This document shows, piece after piece, positions 59,742 to 64,000 of a stretch of 64,000 nt of DNA. The DNA lies in NCBI GenBank assembly GCA_947085095.1, contig CAMTVD010000014.1, positions 96,001 through 160,000 of the forward strand, written 5' to 3'. A program made the position numbers and the translations under genes. The notes below the pieces were generated by a model, which saw only the letters and a program-made list of their open reading frames with translations, had not been told where the DNA came from and ran no database searches. Position 1 is the first letter of the stretch, and the number at the start of each line of letters is the position of its first letter. Source of the stretch: an uncultured Thermus sp. Its GTDB lineage: Bacteria; Deinococcota; Deinococci; Deinococcales; Thermaceae.

Positions 59742-60914
59742 CTACCCCTCCTCGGGAAGCTTCCTGCCCGCATAAAGGGCCAGGGCGTAAAAGGAGGCCG
59801 CCAGAAGGAATAGGGCGGGAAACCCCAGCCGGTCGGAAAGGTACCCGCCGAGGACCGTGGAGAAGGCGAAGAAGCCGGCCAGGGTGTTGGCGAGGCCGAT
59901 GGAGGCGCTTCTTTCCTCCGGGGGGGCCAGGTTGAGGAGGTAGGTGGTGGTGGCGAGGCCGAGGGCGGCCAGGTAGGCCCCCTGGAGGAGGAAGACCAGG
60001 CCAAAGGCGGAAGGGGGGAGGAGGAGGGCCAGAAGGGGGGTGAGGAGGGCCAGAGCGGCCCCCATCTGCAACACCCCCTTGGAACCCCTCTCCGCCAGCC
60101 TGGCCCATAGGAGGTTGGAGAGGGTGAAGGCCAGGGCGTAAAGGGCCAGGTAGAGGCCGAGCTCCTCCTTCTGCCCCAGGATCCGCACCGCGTAGACCGC
60201 GTAAAAGGGCTCGGCCATCCCTGCCAGGCCCAGAAGGAGGCGGACCCTCAGGTAGCGGCGGAACCCCGGGCGCTTTAGGGGCGTCCCCAGGTCCAGCCGG
60301 GCCTCCTTGGGGGGCTCCTCGGGTTCCTCCGTGAGGCCAAACAGGTACCAGCCCAGGCCAAAGGCCAGGGCCCCCAGGGCGAAGAGCAAGGCGTAGGGCA
60401 GGGGGAAAGGGAGGGAAAGGGCCAGGACCTCCCGCACCAAAAAGCCTGCCAGGAAGGCGAGAAACCCTCCCACCAGGTTGCGGGCGCTGAAGAGAGCGGC
60501 CCGCTTTTCCACCGGCGTGGTCTTGGCCACCACCTCCCAGAAGGGGAGGCTACTGACCCCGGTGAAGAGGGCGTTCAGGAGGAGACCCAGGAGAAAGCTT
60601 GTGAGGAGGAGGGTGGGGTTTTGCCCGAAGAGGAAGGCGGAGAAGGCCATGAGGACCACCCCGGAAAGCCTCAGGGCGGCCACCCGCCGGTAAAGGACGA
60701 TCTTCCGGGGCAGGCGGGCCACCCAGGGGGCTAGAAAGGCCTGGGGGATCATGCCCCCCGCCTGCAGGAGGGCGGGGAGGAGGCCGATCAGGGCTCCCGG
60801 GGCCCCCAGCTTGGCGGCGAAGCCGGAGAGGACGATGTTGGGGTTCAAGAAGGTGTCCCCCAGCCACACCAGCCAGCCGTTTACCACCGCCAGGCGGTAG
60901 TTTTTCTCCCGCAG
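59742..60914 (-). CDS. MFS transporter (start uncertain; possibly CTG 60914)
   Basis: About 12 TM helices; LLNLAPPEER, LGGYLSDRLG. Confidence 0.85.
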   Translation of the reverse strand: MREKNYRLAVVNGWLVWLGDTFLNPNIVLSGFAAKLGAPGALIGLLPALLQAGGMIPQAFLAPWVARLPRKIVLYRRVAALRLSGVVLMAFSAFLFGQNPTLLLTSFLLGLLLNALFTGVSSLPFWEVVAKTTPVEKRAALFSARNLVGGFLAFLAGFLVREVLALSLPFPLPYALLFALGALAFGLGWYLFGLTEEPEEPPKEARLDLGTPLKRPGFRRYLRVRLLLGLAGMAEPFYAVYAVRILGQKEELGLYLALYALAFTLSNLLWARLAERGSKGVLQMGAALALLTPLLALLLPPSAFGLVFLLQGAYLAALGLATTTYLLNLAPPEERSASIGLANTLAGFFAFSTVLGGYLSDRLGFPALFLLAASFYALALYAGRKLPEEG

Positions 60915-60930
60915 GTCTAAGATGGTAAGG

Positions 60931-61890
60931 ATGCTGCTTTTACCCTCCCTCGGGCCCTTCCACATCCTGCACCCACGCTACAACGCCGCCACGGTCCTGG
61001 CCATCCTGGAGAAGGCCCGCCCCCCGGTCCTCTACCTGGCCTCCCTCTCGGAGGAGGACCTGAAGACAGGGCGCTGGCGGGAGGAGGACCCCCTTCTCTT
61101 CCACCTCCTCCCCTGGGCGGAGGACCGGGGTGTCCCCGTGGTGGCCCTGGACGAGGAGGCCCACCTCAAAGGGGAGGCGGAGGCCTTCCGCGAGGCGCTG
61201 GCCCAGCACCCCCTGGGCAAGCCCTACCTGGAGCGCATGGCCGCTTACGAGGAAGCCCTTCTGGCCCTCCTCAAGACCCCCCTTACCCCCGGGGTCTTGG
61301 GCTCGCCGGACTACCTGGCCAGGCTGAAGGCGGCGTATGGGGGCTTTGTCCAAGCCTTTGGCGAGGGCCCGGCCACGGGCTTCCGCGAGCGGCGCATGGC
61401 CAAGGTGGTGGAGGCCCTAAAGGGGAAGGATGGGGCGGTGATCGCCGAGGTCCTGGACTACCCCTTCCTGGCCGAGGCTTTTCCGGATGCCCTTCCCGGG
61501 GAGCACGAGCCCACGGAGGCGGAAAGGGAGCGGGCCCTCTTGGACCGGGCCTGGCAGCTTCGGGAGGGGGACGACTGGGCGGGGCTTCTGGAGGGGCTTT
61601 TCGCCCTTGGTAGCCCGGAGGCCCTTTATCTGGCGGCCCAGGTTTACCTGGGGGCGGGGGAGTGGCGGGAGGCCCTAAGCCTCATGGAGGAGGTCTTCCG
61701 CATGGATTTCCAGCACCCGGAATACCTCCCGGGCTATGTCCTCGCCCGCTTCGGCCAGCTTCTGGACCTGGCCGGGGAGCGGGAAAGGGCCATCAGGGCC
61801 TACCGGGGGGTCTTGGCCCTCTCCTGGACCCCGGAGGAGGCCCGGGCCATCGCCCAGGCGGGCCTGAGGACCCCTTTCCGGTTGGCTTAG
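60931..61890 (+). CDS. Hypothetical protein with C-terminal TPR-like helices
   Basis: ARFGQLLDLAGERERAIRAY; TAAGAT 7 nt upstream of ATG. Confidence 0.75.
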   Translation: MLLLPSLGPFHILHPRYNAATVLAILEKARPPVLYLASLSEEDLKTGRWREEDPLLFHLLPWAEDRGVPVVALDEEAHLKGEAEAFREALAQHPLGKPYLERMAAYEEALLALLKTPLTPGVLGSPDYLARLKAAYGGFVQAFGEGPATGFRERRMAKVVEALKGKDGAVIAEVLDYPFLAEAFPDALPGEHEPTEAERERALLDRAWQLREGDDWAGLLEGLFALGSPEALYLAAQVYLGAGEWREALSLMEEVFRMDFQHPEYLPGYVLARFGQLLDLAGERERAIRAYRGVLALSWTPEEARAIAQAGLRTPFRLA

Positions 61891-61938
61891 GGATGGACTG
61901 GGTCATTTGCCCCGTCTTCAGGGGGTTATGCTCAAGGC

Positions 61939-62355
61939 ATGGAGGTGGAGATCCGCCGCGCCCGGCACGCCCAGTACCTGCGCCTGGCCGCGGCCCACGC
62001 CGGGCCCCTGGGGCCCGCCCTCCTGGGCCACCCGGAGCTGGCCCCCCTGTACGAGCAAGCCTACGCCACCTGCTCCGGGGCCCCGGGCTTTCCCTGCCAG
62101 GGGGTGGGGGGGGAGCCCAGGGTCTGCCTGGTGCGGCGGCTGGAACACCTGGCGCGAAGCGCCCTGAGGGGTGGGAAAAGGCGGCGGGAGCAGGAGAAGC
62201 AGGTGGTGGAAGGGCTCATCGCGTGCATGATCCACCTGAAGGGAGAGTTTCCTCCGCAGTTCCTGCCGGTCCTCGAGGCCACCCAGACTTTTTTGGAGAA
62301 AGATCTAGGATACCTCCGGGGAGAAACCTCCCCGGAGACGCTCACCCGCCCCTAG
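61939..62355 (+). CDS. Hypothetical protein
   Basis: TATGCT 6 nt upstream of ATG; Cys/His cluster; host-like codons. Confidence 0.7.
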   Translation: MEVEIRRARHAQYLRLAAAHAGPLGPALLGHPELAPLYEQAYATCSGAPGFPCQGVGGEPRVCLVRRLEHLARSALRGGKRRREQEKQVVEGLIACMIHLKGEFPPQFLPVLEATQTFLEKDLGYLRGETSPETLTRP

Positions 62356-62552
62356 AGCAGGTGGTACATGCGGCCCAGGATCAGCATGATGGCCACGGTG
62401 GCCGCGGAGAGGATGATGAGGGCCAGCATGAAGAGAATGAAGCGCAGGTCAAAGGTTTCTCCTTCCGTGGTGAGGACCCGGGGGTTCAAGATCAGGTAGA
62501 AAAGCAGGGTTACCAGAGCCGCTCCTAGAGCGAAAAGGACAATATAGACCAT
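62352..62552 (-). CDS. Small two-TM membrane protein (66 aa)
   Basis: GGAGGGAG SD, MVYIVLFALG..., two hydrophobic helices. Confidence 0.7.
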   Translation of the reverse strand: MVYIVLFALGAALVTLLFYLILNPRVLTTEGETFDLRFILFMLALIILSAATVAIMLILGRMYHLL

Positions 62553-62563
62553 ATCTCCCTCCC

Positions 62564-63187
62564 TTACCAGAGGCTGAGAAGCGCCTCTAGACTTGGCCTC
62601 AAGTTTACCAGCCCTACCCCGTAGGTGGGAATCCCCAGGGCCCGGCCCACCGCCCCCAGGTAAGGGCCTTCCCCCTGGGGTAGGGAAAGGGGCAAGGGTG
62701 GGCTTTCCCAGGCGGCGTAGGCCCGCACCTCCTTGTAGACCAGGCCCGTGGGGGCTTGGACGTGGAGGACCAGGGGCTCCTCCAAAGCTTCCAGGGGTTT
62801 CCACCCCCCTGGGGTCTCCTTGCCTCCCGGAAAGTGGACCCCCAGACCCTCCCCGGGGAAGGCCAGGAGGAGGCGGTTTGGCCGGTGGGTCTTCAGGAGG
62901 TGCTCCAAGGGGGGGCGGGTGGGGCCGCTGAGGGGAAGTTCCTCTAGGGTGGGGGAGAGAGGGGAGGGGTCCAGGGCCAGGAGGAGGCGTCCCCGAAAAG
63001 CCAGGCCGTTTAGGGATTGGAGCACAGGGATGGCCTCGGTGTAGGGAGCGTAGAGGAGAAGGGTGCTCCCGCCCCGATGCCCCTCCAGGTAGCAGAGGAG
63101 GGTGCCAAACTCGTCTATGGCGGCCCGAAGGTGCTCGGAGAGGATCTCTAGGTCCCGGGAGAGGCTTTCCAGAAGTTCGGAAGCCAT
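62564..63187 (-). CDS. Hypothetical protein (weak resemblance to a degenerate M20/M42 peptidase fold)
   Basis: IDEFGTLL...TLLLYA; -10-like TAGCAT upstream of ATG. Confidence 0.6.
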   Translation of the reverse strand: MASELLESLSRDLEILSEHLRAAIDEFGTLLCYLEGHRGGSTLLLYAPYTEAIPVLQSLNGLAFRGRLLLALDPSPLSPTLEELPLSGPTRPPLEHLLKTHRPNRLLLAFPGEGLGVHFPGGKETPGGWKPLEALEEPLVLHVQAPTGLVYKEVRAYAAWESPPLPLSLPQGEGPYLGAVGRALGIPTYGVGLVNLRPSLEALLSLW

Positions 63188-63210
63188 GGGTTCATGCTAT
63201 CCTAAACCCC

Positions 63211-63933
63211 GTGCGCTACCTGGTCCTCTCGGATATCCACGGGAACTGGCCCGCCCTCGAGGCCGTCTTGCAAGAGGCCCCGGCCTTTGACCGGGTCCTC
63301 TTCCTGGGGGATGCGGTGGGCTACTACCCGGACGGGGACCGGGTTTTGGACTGGCTTCTGGAGGTGGAGGCCACCTGCGTCCTGGGCAACCACGATGCCT
63401 GGCTTCTGGCCCTGGACCGCCTGCCCTTGGAGGGGGTGGTCCTGGAGATCCTGGCCTGGCAGCGGGCGCATCTGGCCCCCCGACACCTGGAGTTTCTGGC
63501 CTCCTGGCCCTGGCGGAGGGAGGAGGCGGGGGCGCTTCTCGTCCACGGAAGCCCCTGCGACCCCCTGGAGTACCTGGACGACCTCCCCCTGGCCCGGGAG
63601 GCCTTTGCCTGCACCGAGGCCCGCCTTGCCTTTCACGGGCACACCCACCTGGCGGGGGCCTTTTTGGAGCTCCAGGGGCCCAAGCCCTGGGTCCGCTACC
63701 AGGCCTTTCCCGAGGGGGGGGAGCTCATCCTGCCCCCCACGGTGCGGGCCTTGGCCAACCCTGGATCCGTGGGCCAGCCCCGGGACGGGGTTCCGGGGGC
63801 GGCCTTCGCCCTTTGGGAAGGGGATCGCCTGGAGTACTTCCGGGTAAGCTACGATCTGGAGAGGGTGAGGCAGCGCCTAGAGGAGGAGGGGTTCCCCACG
63901 TGGCTCCACACCCGGCTCACCCAGGGGGCATAA
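63211..63933 (+). CDS. Metallophosphoesterase (calcineurin-like)
   Basis: SDIHGN, GDAVGY, GNHD, HGSP, GHTH, NPGSVGQPRDG. Confidence 0.93.
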   Translation: MRYLVLSDIHGNWPALEAVLQEAPAFDRVLFLGDAVGYYPDGDRVLDWLLEVEATCVLGNHDAWLLALDRLPLEGVVLEILAWQRAHLAPRHLEFLASWPWRREEAGALLVHGSPCDPLEYLDDLPLAREAFACTEARLAFHGHTHLAGAFLELQGPKPWVRYQAFPEGGELILPPTVRALANPGSVGQPRDGVPGAAFALWEGDRLEYFRVSYDLERVRQRLEEEGFPTWLHTRLTQGA

Positions 63934-64000
63934 TCGGCCACGAGGCCATCCTGGATCTCCTTCCGAGGCTTCGGGCCTCCACCCTTCTCTTCTCCGGCCC

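Overview
A GC-rich chromosomal window from a Thermus species, inferred from the glmS/slpA divergon, Ndx1, the fbcCXFB bc complex and widespread leaderless-type starts. Most of it is housekeeping: glmS, slpA, uvrB, SRP RNA, rarA, typA, folE, glucokinase, an RlmB-like methylase, two tRNA-Ser genes, rpsA, fbcCXFB and thrS. Six things stand out. (1) A glmS-ribozyme-like RNA in the glmS leader with a variant core and a two-hairpin insertion. (2) A six-gene, chaperone/usher-like surface-fibre locus (20689-27683) with two paralogous subunits, two lipoproteins and a divergent degenerate SARP/STAND regulator; an 11-bp-period direct repeat lies just upstream of the putative subunit promoter. (3) A DnaA-box cluster immediately after the SRP RNA gene, with no dnaA nearby. 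(4) A 24-codon small ORF with its own -10, SD and upstream palindrome. (5) A double-hairpin intergenic element bounded by TTAA. (6) A decayed VapBC toxin-antitoxin pair. I saw no CRISPR array, integrase or transposase. All calls come from reading the sequence and recalled family motifs; no searches were run.
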